This document shows positions 14,881-29,800 of a stretch of 64,000 bases of DNA, piece after piece. Origin of the DNA: Octopus sinensis (Eukaryota); NCBI RefSeq assembly GCF_006345805.1, contig NC_043009.1, forward strand, positions 12,648,001 through 12,712,000, written 5' to 3'. A program made the translations under genes and the position numbers. Under the pieces are notes generated by a model. The model was not told the origin of the DNA. It did not search any database and worked only from the letters and a program-made list of their open reading frames with translations. How positions within the stretch are numbered: the first letter of the stretch is position 1; every line of letters begins with the position of its first letter.

Positions 14881-17800
14881 TGCTTGGAAGTCCCTCAGTT
14901 TCATGAATGGTGCTATGTTTTCAATTTGGTGCCAGATGCAGTTGGTAGACATGTTGATGTGGAGGCCAAAAGCTGAATGGCAGAAGTTTCCAAAGGTCAA
15001 ACAAGGAAACAATGAGTTGGACGTTTGAGGTGATTGAGCAGCAGCCACAGCGTACCTTGCTCAGTGGTCCTCAAGCCATTGACAGCAACTTGTTTGACAG
15101 GTTTCACACATTTGACGGTTGACGGTCTGCCACATGTGTTAATCCACAGCAAGAGTTTCTAGATCTATAGGAGGAGTGTTGCGTTTCTGCAAGAGGACAG
15201 CAACTTGACCTCTGTGTCTCTTCCTCTGTCTTCCGATGGATCACTGTCCTTTGGTCAGTTCCCGATAGAAAACAATGCAGGTAAGACAAGTGGGGCATCC
15301 TGATGGGGAGGTAAATAAAGTTTGTTACAACACAGCCACACCTGCACCTATGTATGTGTGTGTGTGTGTGTGTATGGGTGTATATATGTATGCATGTATA
15401 TATGTGTATATATATGTGTACATATTACATGTACATGTATATATACTCTCTTTACTCTTTTGCTTGTTTCAGTCATTTGACTGCGGCCATGCTGGAGCAC
15501 CGCCTTTAATCGAGCAACTCGACCCCGGGACTTATTCTTTTGTAAGCCCAGTACTTATTCTATCGGTCTCTTTTACCGAACCGCTAAGTAACGGGGACAT
15601 AAACACACCAGCATCGGTTGTCAAGCAATGCTAGGGGGACAAACACAGACACACAAACACACACACGCATATATATATACGACTGACTTCTTTCAGTTTC
15701 CGTCTACCAAATCCACTCACAAGGTTTTGGTCGGACCGAGGCTATAGTAGAAGACACTTGCCCGAGGTGCCACGCAGTGGGACTGAAACCGGAACCATGT
15801 AGTTGGTTAGCAAGCTACTTACCACACAGCCAATCCTGCACCTATTATATACATCTACACATACACTTGTACACATATACATCTATATCTATAGAAATAC
15901 ATCTATACATATACAGCTATACATACACATGTATACATATACATCTATATATCTATACATCTCTATATATAAACATTTGTGCAGATGTATACATATATTT
16001 TTATATATATATATATACACATAATATATATATATGTATGTATGCCTGTATATATGTGAGGTAATAGTTTTACTTTAATAGTTTCAGTATTGAAGTGAAA
16101 GTATCTGACATAACAATGGAGAGATGTTATTGTTTCACTTTTGACATGTAATATTGAAATTGTGGAGATGATATTGCTATGGGCTTGCACTAGGCAAGAA
16201 ATAAAAAGTTTTTTGGCCTCTGACAATACATGGACCCTAAGTAAGGCATGTGTAAAATTTGAATGAAATTGGTTGTGTAGTTCTCAAGATTTAGGGTTTC
16301 AGACAGGCACCAGACAGACAGACACACACAGTCTCATCTTTATATATATAGATATATACATATATGTATACATATATTCACATATGTATACATATATATA
16401 TTTACATATGTATACATATATATATTCACATATGTGTACATATATATACATATGTGTACATATATTTATTCGCATGTATACATATATATAATATATACAC
16501 ATCTATACATGTATATATACACCTGTATATGCATATACACATACACATATATATATACACATTATATATATATATATATATATTCACACGCACATATAGT
16601 TGGAATTTACGAAAAAACAAAAGATGAAGACAGGTGTGTAAACAAGAAACAGGTGTATTAGTTTGATGCTTGGGAAGGTGAGAAAGTCTTTTACGGTTCA
16701 AGCCAGGTGCTTATTCTCTTGGTTTGTTTTGTCCAACTGCTAAGTTACGGAGACAATAAGCAATCACTGGTTGACAGACAGAAGCACACCTGCCACACAC
16801 AAGCACGTGTGTGTATGTGTAAGATAGAAAATGCTAAAATAATTTTATAAAGAACATTTCAGAGCTTCTTTCAGTTTCTGTCCACCAAATCTACTCATAA
16901 GGTCTTGGTTGGCCTGAGGCTATAGTAGAAGACACTTGTCCAAGGTGCCATGCAGTGGGACTGAACCCAACACCATGTGGTTCAGAAGCAAACATCTTAC
17001 TACGTGTTGCCTGCACCTATTTGTATGTAATTCGATTTTATTATTGTCCATACAGACGAACAAAGAGGGGACAGCACAATATGAGCTGGGGGTCATATAC
17101 AACGGATGAGTTGGTTAAAAATTTACTATAACATAATATTAAATGGGGCACAAAAGACAATTAACAAGCAATGAGAACAACATGAGGTTAAAAGAAGACA
17201 GATTTGTTCCGACCCCATGAGCCCTGCCCTTTTAACTGGAGAAGTGTCTGTTGGAGTATACGTTCTAAAAGAGATGGAAGCATATTGCACGAGTGTTGGG
17301 CGTGCAAGGAACCGTGTGAATAGACTGGTCAAAAAGAAAATATAAAAATGTACCAGCAGTAGATCGGGGCTTGTGGGGTCGGAGCATGACCTGATCATCG
17401 CTTCATTTGTGTTGTCTTTTGTATTACTCTTTTACTCTTTTCAGTCATTTGACTGCGGCCATGCTGGAGCACCGCCTTTAGTCGAGCAAATCGACCCCGG
17501 GACTTATTCTTTGTAAGCCCAGTACTTATTCTATTAGTCTCTTTTGCTGAACCGCTAAGTGACGGGGACGTAAACACACCAGCATCGGTTGTCAAACAAT
17601 GCTAGGGACACACACACACAAATACACACACAAACACACACACATACACACATATATATATATATACATACATATATACGACAGGCTTCTTTCAGTTTCT
17701 GTCTACCAAATCCACTCACAAGGCATTGGTCGGCCTGGGGCTATAGCAGAAGACACTTGCCCAAGGTACCACGCAGTGGGACTGAACCCGGAACCATGTG

Positions 17801-20800
17801 GTTGGTTAGCAAGCTACTTACCACACAGCCACTCCTGCGCCTATGTTTATATTATATATAAACTCATACCATTTCACTGATCCTATCAGTTGTTTTGTCC
17901 AATTCTATGTTTGGCCCCTAGTGGGTAATAAAGAAATTTCGACCCCTTGAATTTCCATTATGACATGCTCACGCAGGTCCTTTCACTCCCAACATGGTTG
18001 CAACATGCGTCCATCGTTTTTGAAACACACTCTGTGACAGACACCTTCTCTCCAGCCCCACCTTTCTTTTCAGGTGAGATGTAAAAACATTTACCAAGGG
18101 CGGGGTCAATTTGTATGTAATTCACATATTTGTTTATAGAGACAGTCATACATTCATAAGCTTGCGGTAGTAGTTTGCTTTACCCTGGCTTAAAGAATGT
18201 TTCAGAAAATGGGGTAACGGCCTTTGCCTTGAGGATTTTCCACAACCATTTATATATTTAGGTGCAAACTGTGCCCTTACACTAATCCTTGTAGATTTCT
18301 ATTTCCACTGGTTCTTCTTTTGGAACCCTCTTAGACGTTTTACTATGTGCAGGAGTGGCTGTGTGGTAAGTAGCTTGTTTACCAACCACATGGCACCTTG
18401 GGTAAGTGTCTTCTACTATAGCCTCGGGCCGACCAAAGCCTTGTGAGTTGATTTGGTAGACGGAAACTGAAAGAAGCCCGTCGTATATATATATATATAT
18501 ATATATATGCGTGTGTGTGTGTGTTTGTCCCCCTAGCATTGCTTGACAACCGATGCTGGTGTGTTTATGTTCCTGTTACTTAGCGGTTCAGCCAAAGAGA
18601 TCGATAGAATAAGTACTGGGCTTACAAAAGAATAAGTCCCGGTGTTGAGTTGCTCGATTAAAGGCGGTGCTCCAGCATGGCCGCAGTCAAATGACTGAAA
18701 CAAGTAAAAGAGTAAAGAGAGTGTCATGTCTTGCACAAACACTTTCTTCACATTTGCTCATTTGCATGAACTAATATAATAATAACTACATATGAGACCA
18801 GTGTTTGACCAGTTGGTTTATTTTGAATTACCTGCATTCTTCATTCAAATTTGTGAATATGTACCTCTGCAAGAAAAACCTTTATTGTTGATAACGGTGG
18901 AATGGTATGAACAGCATTTTGCCAGAATAAAATGGTTTGTAACATTTAGTCAATCCCCTTAAATGTTCTGAGTTCAAATCCTTCTGAAATCGAAGTTTTC
19001 TTTTCATCTTTCTGAAGTCAACAATGTGTAATGGATTAAAACAGAACAGGAAGATATACATGGGATGGAAGAGTCGCTGAAGAGGTCACAGGTGTGTGGT
19101 GGAAGATTTCCAGACGATGGGCATAAGATAAAATAAAAACAAGAAAAAAAATGTGAAGAATAAATATATATTGCATGTGTTTATTTGGTAAGGAAAAAAA
19201 AAAAGAAAAGACCATCTTGAAATACCACAATTTCTGTTCCAATGCCACAGTTTCGCATGAGGAATCTTGCAGAACAAAAACGTAAATGTATAATCGTTAA
19301 TGTTAACATTCTTTTATTGTTGAATCTTTTATCTTTGAATTTTAGAATTGTTGCTGCTCTACCAACTATCCAGTATGCTCTGGAGAAAGGAGCCAAGTCT
19401 GTTGTGGCCATGAGTCATTTAGGGAGGCCAGATGGAAAACCCAATGAAAAATATTCCTTGAAATGTGTAGTTCCTGAACTTGAAAAACTTTTGGGAAAGT
19501 ACGTTTGTTTTTTTACCTTTGTTTTTAACATTTTTTTAATAATTTGGTTATTTCTTTCATGATGATCATCATCATCATCATTATCTTCATTATCTAATGT
19601 CTGTTTTCCATGCTGGCATGGGTTGAACAGTTTGATAGCAGCTGGCTAGGCAGAAGACTGCACCAGGCTTCACTGTCAGCTTAGGCAGGGTTTTTCACTG
19701 CTTATAGATTTCATCTTCATTGGATGATGATCCTATTATATTTGACAAAGAAATGCATGATACTTATCTGTGATTTCTATTAGCCAAATATTGTTTATTG
19801 TTTACCTGTTAGCTATTTAATTCCAGTATATTACTAGTACTAACAGTTCTAGAAACTTCTGAATAATCAGTAAATTATTAGTAGAGTACTAGTGCCTGTG
19901 TTGGTTATATACACAAAGGATTTTTTACAGAAATTATTTTACTTGCTTCACTAAGCCTTACATTTTTAATAGTGAAATCTGTAACCTCTCTCATGGATCT
20001 TTGGTATTTATTCTTACTCTGTTGTGATGGAGAATTAAATTAGTAGATAACCAAAAGACAAATGACTGTAATCTTATTAACCCTTTCGTTACCATCCCGG
20101 CTGAAACCGGCTCTGGCTCTGAGTACAAATGTCTTGTTTTCATAAGATTTGAATTAAAATCTTGCACCAAACATTAGTCACAATTTATGTTCCTAACACT
20201 AGCTGAAAGACAACTTAGTTATTTTACTAAAGTATTTGTTACATTTAAAGTAATTGAAAGAAACACAGAGCATCTCAAAATAAATATAGTAACGAAAGGG
20301 TTAAGCCAGGAAATGGTCTTTGGTATAGAATGAACAATCAAAGTTGTTTCACTTCTGATACTTTTCTAAGCCAGCTACTTCTGACAGGTGTATTAGCATA
20401 CCTCCACAGCAATAATTTTTCAATAATTAATTAGTCTGCTGTTTATCGCATCTTCCCATATTCCTCTTTATGTAAACACGTTTCATGTTGCCTACACTAC
20501 TTATATTATTATTATTATGCTTCATGTTTATTATGTTTTATTATGTTTAAAAGTTTTGTTTCACCATTCTCGGAAATCCGGGGTGACTAATGCAGGGTAC
20601 TGAAACTTATGGCTAACAGTTTAAATGGGAAATTGTATGTTATTTTACAGATCTGTTACATTTCTTTCTGACTGTGTGGGTCCCGAAACGGAAGCTGCCT
20701 GTAGTGATCCTGAACCAGGTTCTGTTTTCCTTTTGGAAAACTTGCGTTTCCACTTAGAAGAAGAAGGTAAAGGAACTGATGATCATGGTCAAAAGGTAAC

Positions 20801-23800
20801 TCTCTCTTAGCATTTGGTTTTCCCTTATCTTAGCTAAGATATCATTGTAGATGTTTTTCATTTTTTCTTTGGACACATTACAATAATTCTATTGTGTCTG
20901 GGGAGAGTCATTTTCTTTTTGTGCCTTATTATGTAACACACTCACCGGTAAAATTTCCACTAATTTCTTATTTTTATTTTTCTAAGATTTTTGTTGTGTC
21001 TTGCAACCTTTTCAATAGTTTTGGAAAGGTTGCAAGACGCAATGAAAATTTTTAGGAAAATAAGATTAAGAAATAAATGGAAATTTTACCGGTGAGTGTG
21101 TTACATAATAAGGCACAAAAAGAAAATGACTCTCCCCAGACACAATAGAATATGCTTCAACACACAAACTCGTATAAAGAATCTCGCAAAAACGAAATAT
21201 TACAATGTTATGCTTTTATGCTGATTTGAAAAATATGTTGGCATGTTTCTTGGAAGAGATAATAGCTTAATGAAATTATGATTGACATATCTCTGATTAG
21301 AGCAGATAAGTCTGCAGCTTTTTTTTTACTCTTGGTCTATATACTTGACTCTTATTGTCCTGTACATTTAGTTGTAAATTGATAGAGTGGTGTGAGACAA
21401 CTTTAAACTCTGACAAGTTTAATCTGTAAATTTAGTCTGGAAATGAAGAAAAACAAAAATGTGCTCTTTCAGGTTGAATTACGTTAAATTTACTTCAGGA
21501 AATCTTCAGGGCTATTCTAATAACAATATAAATACAGAAGTATCTTATAGATATGTTGACTGGAAACTTAATTTATTGCTGTAGTAAATTTACGTGATAG
21601 CATTGTATTAAAGCAGTTATCTCTGTTCATGACCTTATCAATATTGGTGGACATAACACATTGAAAGTAGGACATGAAAAATCTAGTTATTTTATATTCC
21701 TTGTGATTAAAGCTTATAAGGTTTCTATGAATTATGTAAATAGACTAATGCTATGTATGAAGTTCTGTTAGAAACAGAATTTAAAACTGTCTTTGGAATT
21801 ACAAAGTGACACAGATGATATTGCATCGAGAGTCTAAATGTAATGGACCGTGCTACATTGTATCACGTTTGTTCAAAGTTACTGGGCTGAAAGTTATTGG
21901 GCAAGTGTGATGAATGAATGGATCTTTTAACCCTTTCATTACTGTATTTATTTTGAGATGCTCTGTGTTTCTTTCAATTACTTTAAACATAACAAAGAAT
22001 TTAGTAAATAACTTAGTTATCATTCAGCTGGTGTCAAGAACATAAATTGTGACTAAGGTTTGGTGGAAGATTTTAATTCAAAACTTATGAAAACAAGACA
22101 TTTGTACTACAGAGCCGGTTTCAGCCAGGTTGGTAATGAAAGGATCTTTTAAGGTGAAAGATTATGAGCCTTGAGTTTGTTTCAAATATGTGTCCATCTC
22201 TTTGAACTTGAAGGTGAATAAGTGGCACAAGGTTCATATCAAAGCTGAGCAAATGGTGTTAAGCTGCAAATCTAGACATAAACTATGGGCATAGTTAATG
22301 CTATGTTGTTAAGAATTTTGCTTTTACGTGACTTTGGTGTTTGATCCAATGCATGGCACTTTGGTCTTCTATCATAGCTTCAGAGTTGATAATAGGTTTT
22401 TTGAGTGAGACTCAATCATTGGAAGCTGTGTGAAAGCATATTGGTTAAACTGCATCTTTGGGTGGAATACTTAATTTGTCATTTGGTTAAACATTACCAC
22501 AAATCCCCCCAGGCAAGCATTTATGATAACTTCTTTCCACCAGGTTCTGGAAGTCCTGAAAGGGATCATTGGTATTGCGCTTCCTCTGTCAAATAAAAAT
22601 AAAAGTTGTGGAGGCACATGGCCTAGTGGTTAGAGCACTAGTGGACTCACGGTCGAGGGATCGCGGGTTTGAATCTCAGACCGGGCGATGTGTGTATTTA
22701 TGAGCGAAACACCTAAGCTCCACGCAGCCCCGGCAGAAGGTAATGGCAAACTTCTGCTGATTCTTTTGCCACAACTTTCTCTCACCCTTGCCTCCTGCAT
22801 CTTGCAGATCACCTGCGACAGACTGGTGTCCCGACCAAAGAAACCAGGAATCTGGCCCTTATGAGCCAGGCATGGCTCAAGAAGGAACAAACAAAAATAA
22901 AAGTTGCTTAAAAAAACTGATATCAATATATTTGGGAATGCTTAATTCCTGTAAATGTAGTCAAACCTGCATAAAATAATTATGTTTGAAACAATTTTGA
23001 AAATGTGAATGGCAAACTAAAATGTGGAATGTAAAAGACCAGATGAAATATAGGCAGAAGTTGTGATAAATACCAGCACTTAATGTCTATTGATGTATCT
23101 CTTGAATGTGATATAGACCAGTCATTCTGGTATTGCAATTGCTCAGTTATTAAAAAAGTGCACTAAGGTGGAAAACCAGGAATTCAACCCATTCTACTAA
23201 TATTGCACCTTCTTGAGCATTAGCATAATTAATCATTATTTAGTTGAAATTTTGATGTGTGTGTAGCCTGAGAAAATTCTAGTTCTGTATTTTGATTCTG
23301 AAGTTATTTTTATTTTGGTGCCTAATACTTGGTAGAAATGTATTTTGTCTTGTCAGTGAGCTTTTGATTATAATTTCAGATCAAAGCAAAATCAGATGAT
23401 GTTAAGAGGTTCCGTGAGTCATTGTCGAAACTAGGAGATGTTTATGTCAATGATGCCTTTGGTACGGCTCACCGAGCCCACAGGTTTGTTATCTCACATC
23501 ATTTTCTTTACCTCTCTATACTGAAGGGATATTTCATTGTTTGTTAGCTTTTAGGAGAACCATTAGTAGAACTATGAATCCTAGATCTAATGCTAAAGCA
23601 ATGCTGTCTTCTAAGGGAATCCTCTCTTGCAAACAACTTTTACCTCTCTCCATTGATGTGCAGAGAGTGTCCTGTCTTTGTATTTAATCCAGTCCTGTGA
23701 ATTTGCTTCAGGTCATTTGGTTAACTTTTCACCTCTGTGTATCTAATATTTTTGTTTGTAGTAGTATGAAAAGTGGACTAAGTGGTTATGATCCAAAATT

Positions 23801-26800
23801 TTGGCAGCAGTTGCTACTGAAATCTTTCTACTGTTTCATTAGATGTTTGTCAAAAAGGGTTCCTGAATAATAAAATTAATCATGTCAAGTAAAGTTAAAG
23901 TTTTTTTTTATATTTGAATTAGACCTGTCAACATAAATGGTAAGCCAAATTTTAGGTGTGTCAGATGTTGGGGATTAATTATCAACATAAGTGTTAATGA
24001 AATTGAGCTGTTTATAGCAACATGACAAGTATTCAATATAAATGGTGAAACTTCAGGAAATTGGTTTCCTATTGCAGAAAAGGCTTTTTTCCCCCCCATG
24101 TTACAAAAGACAGACTTTGAGACAATTGAAAGGAATATATTAAATATAAGCTTTGAGAAGGAATGAGAAAGAGCATAAACATAAGTATTGGCAAGAGCAC
24201 CGGTTAAGTTAGTATAGTTGTTCCCAACCTGGGGTTCACTGATCCCTGGTGGTCTGTGAACTAAATTTCAAATTTCACACATCATCATCATCATCATCGT
24301 TTAACGTCCGTTTTCCGCGCTAGCACAGGTTGGACGGTTCGACTGGGGTCTGGGAAGCCAGGAGGCTGCACCAGGCTCCAGTCTGATCTGGCAGTGTTTC
24401 TACAGCTGGATGCCCTTCCTAACGCCAACCACTCCGCGAGTGTAGTGGGTGCTTTTTACGTGCCACCTGCACAGGTGCCAGGGGAGTCCGGCATCGGCCA
24501 CGATCGGTTGGTGCTTTTAACGTGCCACCGGCATGGAAGCCAGCCAAGGCAGCATATATATATATATATATGTGACTGCAAGTGTATCGTTGGTGATTTT
24601 TTTTTTCCCCCATCTTCCCTTCTTTGGATCTTTCCTTTTCCTATGTTTCTGACGAAGAGCTCCGCTCGAAACGTTAAACACTCCTTCTCTCTTTCCTTTC
24701 CTGAGCGTCCAATAACACTATACTTGTTCCACGTCCTCACGTTGTTGTGTTTTCTCTTTGTGTTTTCATATTTGGATTGACTTTATATAAATATAGATAT
24801 AATATATCCATAAGGATAAGCATATTAAAAGGGGGCTGTGGTGAAGACTCATTTAAATAAAAGGGTTGGGAATTACTGAATTAGTACAAACATAATGCAG
24901 ATGGATGACACATGATGAGTGAAAAGGTATCGGGAGTAAATGGATGAAGGTATATGACATCCTCAGAAACCAAAGTATAGAATGAATTAGATCTGAACAG
25001 CGTATTTTACTAAACAGATGATATTAGATACAAATGCATTTCTTTTTCTTCAGCTCAATGGTTGGTGTTCAACTCCCCCAGAAAGTGGCTGGTTTCCTCC
25101 TCAAAAAGGAACTAACATATTTTGCTAAGGCTCTTGAAAGACCCGAGGAACCGTTTTTAGCCATCCTTGGAGGGTAAGTTTCGAAAACTTTCATTCTGTT
25201 TCTTGCTTTGATGTATTTGTGTTTTATGTCTGAAGTCATCAATGATATCTAGGTAAATGGTATGGTCTTAAGTCAGGAAATGAATTCAGTCATATTCTGT
25301 GGTGGTTACAAATGTGGTTTACATGTGCTGTCACTCTAGCTCTGATTTAGCAGTCCTATGACACCAAAATTAAGAGAAGCTTGTTTCTGGTGATTTGACT
25401 GCTGTTTCTAACATGTCAGCTTATTATACTTCATAATTGTTGTAATGTGAGCTGGCTCAACAGTTATGGTGAAAGGTTTCTGTATTAATATTAGGTTTTC
25501 TTAAAACAACTTGGAAAATGACTATGTAAATTAAAGTCTTTTAGAGCTGTTCTCTTCATCATTCCGCTACAAGTTGTACCTCTCTTTATTAAGGTTTGTC
25601 TTGTAATGACATTCATTATTGAATTTTAGTGACAGAGATGGTGTTTATTTGATATAAAGTTTGTGGAAAACAGGATAAAGTAAAAACATTGAAATATACA
25701 CTCATGTACACAAGTGTCTCTCACATTCGTACAAACATACACATGTAGATACACACAAACACACCACACGTATGCACATACACATGTATATACATACACA
25801 AGCACAGATGAATATGTGTATAAATGCAATGAGCATCAAGCTGTATAAATCATGCCAAGGCAGACATTAGAATTTGGTGCAGTCCCCTGGCTCATCTCTT
25901 CATGTTGAACCATCCGACCCATGCCAGCATTGAGAAGAAAGGGATGAGATTTTTTATCTTCCACCTTAAAAGGAAGGTGAGGCTGGAAAGAAGATGCCTG
26001 TCAAAGAAAATGTTCAAAGAAAGATCGTTGCATGTTGCGAGGGTGCTGGGACTGAAAGATCGTTGCATGTTGCGAGGGTGCTGGGAATGAAAGATTCCTC
26101 GTGAACATGTCATAAGTCTGCATACAAAAGTTCCAGTAGGAGAATGGGGCTCGTGGGGTCAGAGCGTAACCCATCTCTCTACTTCATCTCATTTGTATTT
26201 CGTCCTTGTTGTATCTCATTCGATTTCATTATATTTTGTAAAATTTTAAAAGTCATATAATCATTGTGTGTCTGATCCCAATCAGGCTGTATTGTCCCCC
26301 TCTGTGTTTGGGCCCATGTGGCTAATAAAGAAATTGGATGTTTAATGATCATGAAGTCATCATCATCATCGTTTAACGTCTGCTTTCCATGCTAGCATGG
26401 GTTGGACGATTTTGACTGAGGGCTGGCGAACCAGATGGCTGCACCAGGCTCCAATCTTGATCTGGAAGTTTCTACAGCTTAATGCCCTTCCTAACGCCAA
26501 CCACTCCGAGGGTGTAGTGGGTGCTTTTTACATGCCACTGGCACGGGGGCCAGTTAGGCGGTACTGGCAATGACCTCGCTTGAATCTTTTTACACATACA
26601 CAAAACTCACTCGTATTATATAAATGCACAAAAAAAAGTTTTGAATAGGCTTATCTAATAGAAATTAGAGATTATTGATAAACATATAATCTTCAGATTA
26701 TATTTTTCAAGAATCTAGGTTTTAAAACTTTTGCTTGAGTTGTTTGCTTTTCTTTTCCATTATTTTCAAAGTAATTTCTTTTAATTTTTGTTACAGAGCC

Positions 26801-29800
26801 AAAGTTGCTGATAAGATTAAACTGATTGAGAATTTACTGGAGAAAGTAAATCTGATGATAATAGGTGGTGGCATGGCTTTCACTTTCCTCAAAGTTATTA
26901 ACGACATGGAGGTTAGCATTTCTTTTGTATATCGTCAGGCGAAAGAACACACCACTTCATTTGGTGTGGCTTTTTTGATTAGATGTTACCATTTTAGCTG
27001 GTGTTATGCTGTGTGTGTTTTAATGGAAACATTATTCCATTTACCTCAAACCACCTAGTTGTTTGATGGAATTTGCACAAAGCCTTATGAATGGATTTGG
27101 TAGATGGGAACTAAAAAAAGCTGTGTGTGTGTATGTTTGACCCTTGCCACCGCTTGACAATTGGTGTTGATTTGTTACATCCCCATAACTTAGTGGTTTG
27201 GCAAATGAAACTGATAGAGTAAGTACCAGGTTTTTAAAAAAAATAAGTACTGGTGTTGATTAATTTGACTAAAAATTCTTCAAGGCAGTGCCCCAGCATG
27301 GCCACAGTCTAGTAACTGAAGCAAGTAAAAGATAAAGATAATTGGCTCTTAAACTATATTTAATTCCACAATTCATAATATAGAAGAACTGCTTCAGAAG
27401 TGAATAAAAGATAATTGTTTGTGATGATTGTCAAGTTTTGAATTTTGCCCTCATGTAATGAAATGTTTTGTTTGTTGATTTTTCCAGATTGGGGATTCCC
27501 TCTACGATGAAGATGGTGCCAAAATTGTTAACCGTCTCATAGAAAAATCAAAGCAGAACAATGTAGAAATAGTTTTGCCTGTTGATTTTGTAACTGGTGA
27601 TAAATTTGCTGAAAATGCCACAGTTGGTCAAGCTACAGTAGAAGAAGGTATTCCTGCAGGACATATGGTAAGGCTGTGATTTGAGTGTCAATTTATCTAT
27701 GTTCTGTTACTTAGAGCATTTACCCTTTTAAATTTTGGTTTCAGAGTTGCTTATTGAGACTGGAAATATGATAATAGGAGAGTGTAAGGAGGTTGATGTA
27801 TGCAAATTAGCAACATGGAAGCAGTGTACCGATAACATGCGAAAGAGTATTTAAATATATTTTCATGTATGTGCTTATACTATTATATAGAGCAAGGGCA
27901 GCTCTCTGAAAATACCAGGGTTTTGTCTTCATTATTCTGAATACACTTCTCACCAATGATATCTCAGTTCTCTCTCAGACATTGTCTTGCAATCCTGATC
28001 ACTTTATGCTTCTGTTCATCATGTCGCCGGACATTTGCAAATCTCTTCCTTTCTACCTCACCTTGAGCCAAGTAGAGCTGTTGCTAAAGATGTCCTTCTA
28101 GCCATTTGGTCATGATTCTTGCTATCACCTTCCTTGTAGGTTTTCCAAGCTGGTCTCTCGGACTTATTGCCCCATTATTTCACTACCACATTACCTTGGG
28201 CTTGGTAGGGACTTTGCTTTAGCTACATATCTGGTCTGTAGCCCAAAGCAGGTTCTTCTGTTGAAATTCTCTGTTGTCAGCTATGTTACAGGCGCTGGAA
28301 TCTTCCTCCCTACAGTCATGTGTGTTCATTAGAATTTCTCTAAATCTATTCCCAACTGTAGAATCTTATATTTTCCATATCTTCCTTCTCCATGTACTCC
28401 ATATCTGCCTAGCTTTGACCCCGAAGTTTCTAGCTACTAATCTATGTTGCTTAGTGCATTCTCTGCCAAGAAAGGTTTTGACATTTGCAGTACTATTCTG
28501 TTCTATTTCCTGGTGATAATGTAGTCTGACTTGAGTGTTTGCCAGATAAGTAGGTGATGAGGTGATTGGCTGGTTTCCCGTGTTGCATATACATATGTGT
28601 ATATGTGTGTGTATATATATTATATATAAATTCTATGTTGATCCAAATAGTTTGGTATTTATGCTAAGATTTTTCCATTAATATCAATATTGATATCAAT
28701 CTTATTAGCATCTCATTTTCATGCGAACCATTTTAATAGTTCCTGTTTATGGAATTCCATTCTGTGTATTTATTCTGAGTTCAGTCCTTTCAGTTTTGCT
28801 CATTAAAGCTTTGAAATCTATTTCAGGGTTTGGATGTTGGAGAAGAGACAAACAAGAAATTTTCTGAAGTTATTGCTACAGCTAAGACTATTGTGTGGAA
28901 TGGGTAAGTAAACTTTCGTTTCTTCTGATGTGCAATCACTGACAAGTGTCTTGGACTAATGATCCAAAAGGAAGCGGTTGAAATCCTGCCATTGTTTTCT
29001 CTTAATGAAACTGTCTCTTGGAAGTGAAATGTCCCCATCTTTCTTTATTAACCTAGTTACAAACGTTAATTTAATGCTCAGGAAGAATGGGAATGTTTAG
29101 TTCATTTTGATTACCTCCCTTCCATTATATTTTAATATATCTTATAGGCTCTTGATGATGATCATCATCATCGTTTAACGTCCGTTCTCCATGCTAGCAT
29201 GGGTTGGACGGTTCGACCGGGATCTGGGAAGCCAGAAGGCTGCACCAGGCTCCAGTCTTATCTGGCAATGTTTCTACAGCTGGATGCCCTTCCTAACGCC
29301 AACCACTCCGTGAGTGTAGTGGGTGCTTTTTACGTGCCACCTGCACAGGTGCCAGGCGAGGCTGGCAACGGCCACGGTCGGATTGGTGTATTTTATGTGC
29401 CACCGGCATGGAAGCCAGTCGAGGCGGCACTGGCATCGGCCACATATGTGCTAATTGATAAGGTTTTTTTTTTTTTTACAGGTAATAAATATTATGTCTA
29501 GCATATTAATTTAATTTAACTCATTCATAAAAATAAATCACTATTTACTAATTAACTATAAATCTATATTAATAAAAGTCTGGTACGTATACTTGAAAAT
29601 AATATTTTTATTTCATCATCAGCCCTCCTGGCGTTTTTGAATTTCCGAAGTTCTCTAAAGGCTCAATGTCTATGATGGATGCTGTAGTGAAGGCCACCGA
29701 AGACGGTGCCACAACTATTGTTGGTAAGTTGCTGTCCCTTTAAATTTAACTTGACAAATTTTCTGAAGATTATTTAAAGAATGTTTAAACCATTTTGATA

